Shown here one piece after another: positions 39,751 to 50,574 of a stretch of DNA of 64,000 nucleotides. Made by a program: the position numbers and the translations under genes. The stretch comes from Candidatus Finniella inopinata. GTDB taxonomy: Bacteria; Pseudomonadota; Alphaproteobacteria; Paracaedibacterales; CAITNM01. The first letter of the stretch is position 1, and each line of letters begins with the position of its first letter. The notes beneath the pieces were generated by a model. It was not told where the DNA came from. It saw nothing but the letters and a program-made list of their open reading frames with translations, and searched no databases. The stretch spans positions 10,686 through 74,685 of the forward strand of contig CALPGA020000004.1 of NCBI GenBank assembly GCA_943322985.2, given 5' to 3'.

Positions 39751-39859
39751 CAAACCCTCTTAGTTTTCTAGATTGTAAATAAAAATTAAAAATAAAATTA
39801 TTGTAAAAAAAGAAATTTTACCTAAACGGACACTCATCAAACCCTCTTAGTTTTCTAGA
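39686..39859. repeat. Perfect 87-bp tandem duplication spanning the amn 3' end and the overlapping 5' end of the peptidase gene
   Basis: 39686-39772 is identical to 39773-39859 in a base-by-base comparison. Confidence 0.95.
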
Positions 39860-41269
39860 ATGCAATCGTTGAGGATCCATTTTTTGTAAAATTTCCATAG
39901 CTTCAATACCTACATGCAAGTGGTTGTTTACCCGGTTTTTATAAAATTCATTGGCCATTGCCTGAAGTTTAATTACCCCATGAATAGGCTTGTCGGAAAT
40001 GCATAATAGTGTGCCATATGGTACGCGAAACCTAAATCCATTAGCTGCTATAGTTGCTGATTCCATATCAACGGCAATCGCTCGGCTTTGGCGGAATCTT
40101 TCGTACAGTGCTTTGCTTTGTAATTCCCAGTTTCTATTATCGGTAGTGTGTACCGTACCTGTGCGAATAGCGGACTTTAGTTCACATTCGCCTTTTCCAA
40201 AAATATGTAAAATAGATTGTTGAAGCGCTTGCTGAATTTCAGCAATGGGTGGCACAGGTACCCATTTTGGTAAATCATCGTCTAGCACGTGGTCTTCACG
40301 TACATACCCGTCTGCTAGTACGTACTCTCCCAGAACTTGGCTTGCCCTCAGTCCAGCGCAATGCCCAAGCATAACCCAACAATGAGGCCTTAAAACAGCC
40401 AAATGGTCAGTAATTGTTTTCGCATTACTAGGGCCCACACCAATATTAATAATGCTGATGCCATTTTTCCCAGGTTTTTTAAAGTGGTAGGCTGGCATCT
40501 GGGGCAATAGTTTTGGCAATTCAGTCGTATTTTGTTTGTGTGATGCTAAAATTGTTTCACCAGGTCCAGTTAGTTCCCAGTCATTTTTTTGATGATGTTC
40601 AATTATGTGTGATGTTTGGCTAATGAACTCGTCTATATAGCGTTGATAATTTGTAAGCAGAATAAAGTTTTGAAAATGATTCGGTGGGGTTCCTGTGTAG
40701 TGATGTAGTCGTTGCAAAGAAAAATCTACTCTCTCTCCAGTAAACAAAGCTAAAGGTCGATAACCATCTGGAACAAAAGTGGCATTGGCAAAAGAATCAT
40801 CTATTCGCTTTAAATCTGGAAGTACAAATTTACTTCTCAATCGCATAAGTTCATCAACATCAAATTGTGCGTGCGAATGTTCAATTACAAAGGGTAGGGG
40901 GATTTTACAATCGCTATACCCAACTACAACTGAAACTCTGTGGCGTTCAATAATTAAGCTTATTTGCTCACGAAAGTATGCATCGTAAAGTTCTGGTGCG
41001 GTAACGGTTGTTCCATAATGTCCTGGTTCATTAATCACACCATAAGCAAAGCTTGGGTCAACGAATAAATCATCGTGACCAATGCTTACACCAATGAAAG
41101 GATAATAACTAAATTCGGCATGATCATCGGGAACTTCTCCGCTTTTTTCAAACTCACTGAAATTATCGCAAATTTGCGAAACTGCTTTGTTATAAAGTTC
41201 GTGAACGTAGTCAACAGCATCATCTGCACTATCAAACCATTTTGCGTATTTAAGATGTTCCCAAGCCAT
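39818..41269 (-). CDS. amn: AMP nucleosidase
   Basis: 483 aa. N-terminal Amn-specific domain plus a PNP/UDP phosphorylase-like catalytic domain (GVGPSNAKTITDHL, VDMESATIAANGFRFRVPYGTLLCISDKP). Confidence 0.85.
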   Translation of the reverse strand: MAWEHLKYAKWFDSADDAVDYVHELYNKAVSQICDNFSEFEKSGEVPDDHAEFSYYPFIGVSIGHDDLFVDPSFAYGVINEPGHYGTTVTAPELYDAYFREQISLIIERHRVSVVVGYSDCKIPLPFVIEHSHAQFDVDELMRLRSKFVLPDLKRIDDSFANATFVPDGYRPLALFTGERVDFSLQRLHHYTGTPPNHFQNFILLTNYQRYIDEFISQTSHIIEHHQKNDWELTGPGETILASHKQNTTELPKLLPQMPAYHFKKPGKNGISIINIGVGPSNAKTITDHLAVLRPHCWVMLGHCAGLRASQVLGEYVLADGYVREDHVLDDDLPKWVPVPPIAEIQQALQQSILHIFGKGECELKSAIRTGTVHTTDNRNWELQSKALYERFRQSRAIAVDMESATIAANGFRFRVPYGTLLCISDKPIHGVIKLQAMANEFYKNRVNNHLHVGIEAMEILQKMDPQRLHSRKLRGFDECPFR

Positions 41270-41376
41270 TAAATGCTACCTTTCATTCTAATAAATGCTA
41301 CAACATACAGTAGTAAGCTTAATCCTACTAGCAGCCATAAAAGTGCTCGGTTGCGTTGCTTGAAGTGTTTATCCAT
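41269..41376 (-). CDS. Small 35-aa single-TM protein, absent from the ORF track; positional analogue of the small CoxF-type ORF downstream of ctaB
   Basis: MDKHFKQRNRALLWLLVGLSLLLYVVAFIRMKGSI*. Its ATG overlaps the ctaB stop (ATGGATAA) and its stop overlaps the amn ATG (TAATG). Confidence 0.45.
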   Translation of the reverse strand: MDKHFKQRNRALLWLLVGLSLLLYVVAFIRMKGSI

Positions 41377-42250
41377 AAATTTTCCTATCAGCTATAAGCG
41401 CTGCGAATATAACAAAAAGATACAAAATTGAAAATGCAAAAACCCTAAGTCCTTCGCGCAAATCGTCACTTTTATAAAGTTTTACCGTTAAAAATACAAA
41501 TCCTGCGCCAAATACAAGTGTGCAACCTAAATAAAGCCATCCCGCCATTCCAAGCACGTAGGGTATAATAGCGCTAACTACGGTTAATACCGCGTAAATT
41601 ATAATATATTTTTTTGTTTTTTGGATGCCCGCTGTGTTTGGCATCATCGGTAAACCAGCTTCAGCATATTCAGCTGCGTAGTTTAAGGCGAGGGCCCAAA
41701 AATGTGCGGGGGTCCACAAAAATATAATTAAAAATAAACTCCAAGGGCGCCAATCAAGGGGAGATACAGCAGCCCAACCAATTACAGGGGGCAGGGCACC
41801 CGCTATGCCACCAATTACAATATTATGTGGCGTATTAGGTTTTAAAAGAACAGTGTAAACCCCAACATAAAATCCAATAGTAAGCGCAAGCAACACTGCA
41901 GCTGTTGTGTTCACCGCTACTTGGCAAACCATGATGGACAGCATGCTTAGTATAACACCAAATGCCAAGGCTGAATCAGGATGTATTAAACCAGATGCTG
42001 TAGGTCTTGCCATTGTGCGGATCATACGTTTATCAATATCACGTTCGTACCACATGTTTAAACATCCCGCAGCACCTGCACCTCCCGCAATACATAAAAT
42101 AGCGGTGAATCCTAAAATGGGGTGAATATGCCCAGGGGCAATCCACAGGCCACAAAAGCCTGTAAAAATCACCAAACTCATAACTCGGGGCTTTAGAAGT
42201 TCCCAATAGTTATGTACGGATGGGCTTGTATAAGGTATTACTGTGGGCAA
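41369..42250 (-). CDS. ctaB: Protoheme IX farnesyltransferase (heme O synthase)
   Basis: UbiA-family polytopic protein with YERDIDKRMIRTMARP (NxxxDxxxD-like) and WTPAHFWALAL motifs. TTG start. Confidence 0.9.
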   Translation of the reverse strand: MPTVIPYTSPSVHNYWELLKPRVMSLVIFTGFCGLWIAPGHIHPILGFTAILCIAGGAGAAGCLNMWYERDIDKRMIRTMARPTASGLIHPDSALAFGVILSMLSIMVCQVAVNTTAAVLLALTIGFYVGVYTVLLKPNTPHNIVIGGIAGALPPVIGWAAVSPLDWRPWSLFLIIFLWTPAHFWALALNYAAEYAEAGLPMMPNTAGIQKTKKYIIIYAVLTVVSAIIPYVLGMAGWLYLGCTLVFGAGFVFLTVKLYKSDDLREGLRVFAFSILYLFVIFAALIADRKIYG

Positions 42251-42369
42251 AGTGATCTCGAATTACAAAAATTTATAGGTGCTGTTTAGCCAAATGCTAA
42301 CATAGAACCCTTGTTAAATCTATTGAGATTGAGTCTTTGCATGAGACACTGACGTAGCGTCTTAGATAC

Positions 42370-42906
42370 CTATTTTCTATCGGACTTGTTATATCTATTT
42401 AGGAGGCTACTATAAGCGTCTTCGAGAAAAGTACAAAAAGCTCTGCCTATCTCTCCACTGCTCTCGATGCTGGGATCAAACAATGAACCCTTTATTGAGC
42501 GCAAATATTCGATTTGCTCTTGTAGGTTTCTCTTGGATTGTAAATAGCCAATGCCTGAATATTTTTTTTCTGTACCATCGGGACTCCTACAAATAACAGA
42601 AGCACAATCTTCTTCATCTAGGTTACAATCGTCGTAATCAGCCGATCTGACACTACTTTCTTTTTCGATTCCTAGTTTAGAAATCCAATACTCTTTTCCT
42701 GAACTGTAATCGCAATCATGTTCTTGTCTTTCTCTTGAAAGCGCGGTCTTAATCACAGTTTGAAAAGTGGATGATTCTTCTGTCTTTATAATTGCTTCAT
42801 GAATTAACCAAAAGAATGTAAATTCATCAATTTTCTTTTGTGTTTCATCTGTATTGCTTTGAATAAAATTCCATATTGGTTGCCAAAGAAAAACTACAGG
42901 GTCCAC
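42370..42906 (-). CDS. Hypothetical protein (178 aa), inserted between ctaD and ctaB
   Basis: ORF only (GTG start). Acidic and Cys-containing. No recognisable domain. Confidence 0.4.
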   Translation of the reverse strand: MDPVVFLWQPIWNFIQSNTDETQKKIDEFTFFWLIHEAIIKTEESSTFQTVIKTALSRERQEHDCDYSSGKEYWISKLGIEKESSVRSADYDDCNLDEEDCASVICRSPDGTEKKYSGIGYLQSKRNLQEQIEYLRSIKGSLFDPSIESSGEIGRAFCTFLEDAYSSLLNRYNKSDRK

Positions 42907-42989
42907 TTCAAAACCTAAATGTAAAAATATTATATCGTGGCTAATTTTTCCTTCTCTATAATGCAGAAAACATATTTCAGCTGCATGTT

Positions 42990-43778
42990 CTATGTCATGA
43001 TCTGCAAAAGCATAGGGGCTTGTTTTTGTATTCCATCAAATCCCTCAGTTGCTTCTAAAGGAATGCCCACCAAAGCAACACGATGCACTAAAGCTCTATT
43101 GAATGTTGCAGGGCTAAATAAAGGTTTACGAGATATTATTGGTAACCAAAAGCAATCTGTGTGAAGAATATTGTTCAATGTAACGCATATATCGTAGGAT
43201 AGTGAGGTATTACCCAATAATTCATGAGTAAATTTAGATTCTGGCCAAGCAGAAAGTGAAGGCCTTATCTCTTGGCGCCACTTAAGCATTGGTTCTCTCA
43301 GTACAACATGGTGGTTGTGCACGAGAGTAAAGATATCAAGTTCTTCTGCAAAAGTGGAGCAGCCAAGCGGTAAGGAAAGTGGTTCGTCAAATTTACTTAA
43401 TAATTTTGCACAACCAAGGCCCAAATACATCAACCACATTGAAGTAAGTTGTTTGGTTGCGTACAAATTTTGTGCTTTTGTCTGCAGTACTTCTAATATT
43501 TCTTTTCGGCTTGGATTTTTTTCAGCAAGCACAATTGATGCTTGTTCCATTCCGCTTATAAATCTTGAGTATACTTTTTCTGGAATTTGGCTATCAAATG
43601 TAAGTTCTCGGTTTTTTAACTTTTCACAAACGCTCTAAACTAACTTTGGTATGGCTAGAATGGTAGAATTTGTTCTGGCGCTTTTTATGATGCTTGGTAC
43701 GTCTGATGTACTTAACGCAGCAGACTGGATTGGAATAATAGAAAAAATTACAAATAATATCGTAAAAATCTGCTTCAT
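42990..43778 (-). pseudogene. Secreted hypothetical protein gene interrupted by one in-frame TAG (codon 48)
   Basis: ATG 43778 opens MKQIFTILFVIFSIIPIQSAA (signal peptide). A TAG at 43637-43635 is followed, in the same frame, by the sequence that runs into the 186-aa ORF 42990-43550. Confidence 0.6.
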
Positions 43779-43817
43779 GAACTTATCTACATAAAAAATG
43801 CCAATTTGTCACAAATA

Positions 43818-46195
<2,378 letters not shown>

Positions 46196-46319
46196 TTCTC
46201 GTATGTAAAATAGTTATGCTTGGGTTAAATCATTACACAAAAAACGCTTGTTCGAAAAGCCGTTGAAATGTTTTAGAGGCTAAGTTAGCATGCATTATTG
46301 TCTAATTTTGTTAAAATTT

Positions 46320-47231
46320 ATGACTTTTTTGAGAAATTCCTCTCTCTTACTCATTATTATTTCGTTTTTATTCAAAATAGATGCAGCTCAAGCAATAAAC
46401 GTTTTGGAAGGAGAAGCGTCTGAAGTTCAAGTACAAACTGTTATTCCCGATCACTTAATGACTTTGTTAGAAAAAGAAAAATATATATATACCCTAGATT
46501 CTTACAAAAATATTGTTATAACGATTGATGAGCCTACAGCTGGAAATATTTCTTCTCTTCAAACGATAATCACGGAAATGGGAATAACGTATAGAAATTA
46601 TGGTTTATACGTTCATATTCCAGTTAGTGCAGGAGAGTTTTCAGCAAAGTTAGAAAAGTTGGGGTTACGATTATACGAATTAAATAGCGATGCTAAAACT
46701 TTAACCTACCTTTATGCCAATGGGCGAAATATTCCTGATATAAATTATGCTTATTCAGTGGTAGCGGTGTGCTTATTACGGACTAATCCAAACGGTGCCA
46801 AAGAAGCTTTAGTTATTAATGAACCCCAAAAAACTATATCCAATCTGGTAGGTGGCTGTTTAAAAAAAGGGGAATCACCAGAAGATGCTGTAGTTAGGTG
46901 TGCTCGTGAAGAAATCAGCGTTGACCTAAATAAAGCAAAACTAAAGTTAGTGGCTGTTTGTCATACAATCAGGGCTGATAAAAAATCCTACGTTGAATTT
47001 CTCTATACCTGCGATGAATTTCAAGGTCAGCCAATCGCTGATGGAATTGAAGCTCGTCAATATACATGGGCCCCACTTTCAGAATTACTAAAGAGCGGCG
47101 TCAAATTTTTTGAAAAACCTTTTAGCCCTATTTGGCAAAAGCTTTTAAAGGGCGAGTTTAAAGACTTAGAAAAAGGTGCAGCTATCAATAGAAACAAACA
47201 GGCATATCAACGCTTTAGTTTTATTGAATAA
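46320..47231 (+). CDS. Secreted Nudix-domain protein with an N-terminal pre-Nudix domain (paralog 1)
   Basis: Signal peptide MTFLRNSSLLLIIISFLFKIDAAQA (start chosen by alignment to paralog 2; the ORF is open from 46290). Nudix box GCLKKGESPEDAVVRCAREEISV. Confidence 0.65.
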   Translation: MTFLRNSSLLLIIISFLFKIDAAQAINVLEGEASEVQVQTVIPDHLMTLLEKEKYIYTLDSYKNIVITIDEPTAGNISSLQTIITEMGITYRNYGLYVHIPVSAGEFSAKLEKLGLRLYELNSDAKTLTYLYANGRNIPDINYAYSVVAVCLLRTNPNGAKEALVINEPQKTISNLVGGCLKKGESPEDAVVRCAREEISVDLNKAKLKLVAVCHTIRADKKSYVEFLYTCDEFQGQPIADGIEARQYTWAPLSELLKSGVKFFEKPFSPIWQKLLKGEFKDLEKGAAINRNKQAYQRFSFIE

Positions 47232-47313
47232 TAATCAATCATACATTAGGGACTTGTTTACCAAAAAAATATAACTTACAACCTTGTTAGTTACTTAAGA
47301 CTTCTTATCCCCA

Positions 47314-48126
47314 ATGTTCTTTTTAAAAAACGTTCAGTTCTTATTCATTGTATTATCGGTACTTCTAAAAATAGAAGCTGCAGATGTGCAGGTCCAGGTA
47401 GTAGTTCCTGCTTCTTTAAACACTAAATTAAATGGCCTGGATCATAAAATAGATTCATATAAAAACATTGTTGTAACCCTTAAAACTCCATCAAATGGAG
47501 CTGTTAATCAGTTAAAAAGAGTCATTGCAGAAATGCAAAAATCTTATAAAAATTATGGATTATATGTTCAAATCCCAGTTGTTCATGGAGATTTTTCTAG
47601 AAAGCTAGAAAAAATTGGTTTTAAATTTTGTGAATCAGACACAGCATTAAAAACTTTAACCTATCTTTATGCGAATGGCCGAAACATCCCAGAGCTTAAC
47701 TACGCATACACAGCAGCTGCCGTATATTTGCTGCGAAATAACCCCGAAACAGGTGCGAAGGAAATTTTAATAATAAATGAACAACAAAAAACTATAGCAA
47801 ATATTATTGGTGGAATTTCAGAAAAGGGAGAGTCACCCGAGGAAACAGTAATTCGGGAAACCCGTGAAGAAGTCAGCATTACATTAAATAAAGACAAACT
47901 AAAGCTTGTAGCTGTTGCTCATACAGTACGACCTGATAAAAAATCTTTGGTGGAATTTCTTTATGTGTGTGACGAATTTGAAGGCACACCAAAGGTTGAT
48001 GGTAAAGAAGTCAGTGAATGTACTTGGGTTCCAGTATCCAATTTATTAAAAGAAGGTGTCAAAATTTTTGAAAAACCATTTAGCCCATTTTGGCAACGGT
48101 TTTTGAAAAATGAATTTAAAGAATGA
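47314..48126 (+). CDS. Secreted Nudix-domain protein (paralog 2), C-terminally truncated by a 13-bp tandem duplication
   Basis: Signal peptide MFFLKNVQFLFIVLSVLLKIEA. Nudix box GISEKGESPEETVIRETREEVSI. The ancestral frame continues to TAG 48200-48202 once one 13-bp unit is removed. Confidence 0.65.
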   Translation: MFFLKNVQFLFIVLSVLLKIEAADVQVQVVVPASLNTKLNGLDHKIDSYKNIVVTLKTPSNGAVNQLKRVIAEMQKSYKNYGLYVQIPVVHGDFSRKLEKIGFKFCESDTALKTLTYLYANGRNIPELNYAYTAAAVYLLRNNPETGAKEILIINEQQKTIANIIGGISEKGESPEETVIRETREEVSITLNKDKLKLVAVAHTVRPDKKSLVEFLYVCDEFEGTPKVDGKEVSECTWVPVSNLLKEGVKIFEKPFSPFWQRFLKNEFKE

Positions 48127-48134
48127 ATTTAAAG
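48109..48134. repeat. Perfect 13-bp tandem duplication (2 x aatgaatttaaag) causing a frameshift at the 3' end of Nudix paralog 2
   Basis: 48109-48121 is identical to 48122-48134. Removing one unit restores ...KNEFKDCENGAAINNNKKAYQHFSSVD*, which parallels the paralog 1 end KGEFKDLEKGAAINRNKQAYQRFSFIE*. Confidence 0.9.
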
Positions 48135-48213
48135 ATTGTGAAAACGGAGCTGCTATAAACAATAACAAAAAAGCTTATCAGCACTTTAGTTCTGTCGATT
48201 AGTTGTAAAAAAA

Positions 48214-48234
48214 GGAGCAACCAAAAGTTGCTCC
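48214..48234. terminator. Bidirectional rho-independent terminator between convergent genes
   Basis: ggagcaac (48214-48221), then caaaa, then gttgctcc (48227-48234), flanked by an A run upstream and tgattt downstream. Confidence 0.6.
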
Positions 48235-48282
48235 TGATTTAATTCTACCTAATTTTTACGGTTAGCTAGGTGCTCCATAGTA

Positions 48283-49626
48283 CTAGGGAGTTTCTGTAAC
48301 TGCTGGTGCAACCTCTGGTGCTGGTGCAACCCATGGGATCAACGCTACTGATGGCATAAATCTTGTCCATTCATCATTTTGGGCTGCTACTAGTTGATTG
48401 TAAGCAGCCATCGCTTCAGCAGGAACATGAGCTAACACATCAGCGGTTAAGCCAGAAACTAAAGTGTTTGTGCGTGCTTCAACTTCTGTTAACCAACGTT
48501 CTATTCGCTTTAAAGCTACTTTTTTGATTGTTTCATCTGCTTCCCGCAAGTCTTGTCTTTGTTCATTGGTTGGCACATTAGCTTCAGATACCTTTTGCCC
48601 AACTAAACCTAATACGGCATTTTCATCTTTTGCAGTATTTACCAAATAGTGTGATGTTGGTACTTGTATTTTTACGCGTTTTCCATTCACTACATCAAAA
48701 GTTATTTCTGTGTACACTGCTCCACGGTTTACGTGCAACGTGTCCATAAAGACTCTACCTTGCGCTGCATATTCAGCAATTGTCGTTGGCATAATTGCTC
48801 CATTGTTGCCATAAACATGAACGCCAACTGATGCTAAAGAACGTGTTCCTATTCTTGCAAAAATTTCTTCATTAGTTAAATCAGAGCGTGGATTGAAGAA
48901 AGTCTCTAATTCATTAAATTTATCTGAAGTTTCTCCACTTGTAGCGTTTGCACACAAGCGCGTGATTGCCTTTTCAAGGGTTGGTGCTTCAAGTACATTT
49001 GCTTTCATTGCATATGCTTCATGCAATGCTTGGAATAACGCTGTAATACCAGTGTTATATCGTCTACGTGCAATTTTTTCAGCTTCTCTACGCTCAGCAT
49101 CATCTGGTGCCAATGCTTTTGCAGCGCTTAAGGCTTCTACAGCTCTACGTTCTTTAGCTTCTACATATGCTAATAATGTTTGGTTAAGTGCATTAAAACG
49201 AGAAACCATGTGCCTAGTTGCAAGTGGTAAAGCTTCAGCTCTTGGGTTTTTACCAGCTGTATTTGCTGCATTTAATAAGTTTGCTATTGCTTGTTTTACT
49301 TCTCTTCTGCGGTTATCGACAATGCCATGTGCTTCGTCGTGCATTGCGCCAACAGCTGATCCTAAATTAATGCCATGGGCAGTATATTCGCCATATGTTA
49401 AAGGTACGCCGAAAATTTGATTCAGCCACATTTTTACAAGTGTTGTAATGCCAATTTTACCAGCATCTACCATTGGTAAATAAACTTCTTTGTGTAATCG
49501 AAAACGCTTAGCTTCTTTACTTATAAGTTTTTTCATATTCCAGTCTAATGAACCTAGCTGTAGTCCCGGTTTATGTACATCCTGGCCTCTGGCTTCATCA
49601 TCAGTACTGTTTATAATGCAAGCCAC
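48283..49626 (-). CDS. Hypothetical protein (447 aa; Ala/Glu-rich, Pro/Ala-rich C-terminal tail); the start may be the internal MKKLISK (49536)
   Basis: Long ORF with coding-like periodicity. No signal peptide and no domain recognisable by eye. Confidence 0.5.
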   Translation of the reverse strand: MACIINSTDDEARGQDVHKPGLQLGSLDWNMKKLISKEAKRFRLHKEVYLPMVDAGKIGITTLVKMWLNQIFGVPLTYGEYTAHGINLGSAVGAMHDEAHGIVDNRRREVKQAIANLLNAANTAGKNPRAEALPLATRHMVSRFNALNQTLLAYVEAKERRAVEALSAAKALAPDDAERREAEKIARRRYNTGITALFQALHEAYAMKANVLEAPTLEKAITRLCANATSGETSDKFNELETFFNPRSDLTNEEIFARIGTRSLASVGVHVYGNNGAIMPTTIAEYAAQGRVFMDTLHVNRGAVYTEITFDVVNGKRVKIQVPTSHYLVNTAKDENAVLGLVGQKVSEANVPTNEQRQDLREADETIKKVALKRIERWLTEVEARTNTLVSGLTADVLAHVPAEAMAAYNQLVAAQNDEWTRFMPSVALIPWVAPAPEVAPAVTETP

Positions 49627-49686
49627 AGGTGATTATTATTTTGGGCGGGGTTTACATTGTGCAAAGCTGCAAGAAAGCTAAATCTA

Positions 49687-50574
49687 TTAGTTAGCGACTT
49701 TCTTACCAGAAAGGTATAAGCAACCTGCAACAATCAGCAGCATTCCAAATGCCTGCCCAAGATTCACTGACTCTCCAAACACAAAATACCCAACAGGAAC
49801 AGCCAATAAAAGCCTGGTGTATTCAAAGGGTGATATAAAACTGACTTCAGCAAAACTTACCGCTTTGATATAAGCAAATTGTGAAAGCGAACCAAATATA
49901 CCAACGGCAATTAATAACAGTAAATCTGCGTTGTGAATTGGTTCATTCGATATACAAAAGCCAACAAATGCAATGCTACCCAAAATAAGAGTGGATGTAA
50001 GCATAATTAAGATTGCTGAATCTTTATTGCTAAGTTTTCTGGCTAGTGTATTTGCAGAGCTCGCTAAAATACAAGCTCCCAACCCCGTAAAAACATAGTG
50101 CATGTCTAAACTTATATACCTTGGTTGCACAATAAACAGTACTCCTAAGTACCCCAAAATAAGCGCCAATATTTTGGGCTGACTAAGCTTCTCTTTTAAA
50201 AATAACATACCAAAAGATGATGCTAGCAACGGTCCTGTAAAGCCCACGCTAGTTGCGATTGCTAATGGAAGGTTACGGTAAGTCTGATAGGTTAAAAGTG
50301 TTGATGCCCCAATACATAAAGCCCTAGTTATATGTAACCATACGGATGCTTGTAACTTGTTAAGGCTTGATAATTTCGGCAAAAAAACAGGTAAAAAAAA
50401 CAGCATGCCAAAAAGGTATCGCACACAAAATAATGTAAAATTATTCGTGCTGCCACTCAAAAATTTTGAGGTGGTGACCCCGCAAGTAAAGGTTACACAC
50501 CACCCCAATATCCACAGTAAACCCTTATACTTTGGATGCATCAATTTTTGGGAATAAGGTTTTTGTTTTTCCAC
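49687..50574 (-). CDS. EamA/DMT-family transporter
   Basis: About 10 TM segments in two EamA-like halves. The 5' end overlaps the upstream gene, so the true start may be an internal Met. Confidence 0.65.
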   Translation of the reverse strand: MEKQKPYSQKLMHPKYKGLLWILGWCVTFTCGVTTSKFLSGSTNNFTLFCVRYLFGMLFFLPVFLPKLSSLNKLQASVWLHITRALCIGASTLLTYQTYRNLPLAIATSVGFTGPLLASSFGMLFLKEKLSQPKILALILGYLGVLFIVQPRYISLDMHYVFTGLGACILASSANTLARKLSNKDSAILIMLTSTLILGSIAFVGFCISNEPIHNADLLLLIAVGIFGSLSQFAYIKAVSFAEVSFISPFEYTRLLLAVPVGYFVFGESVNLGQAFGMLLIVAGCLYLSGKKVAN

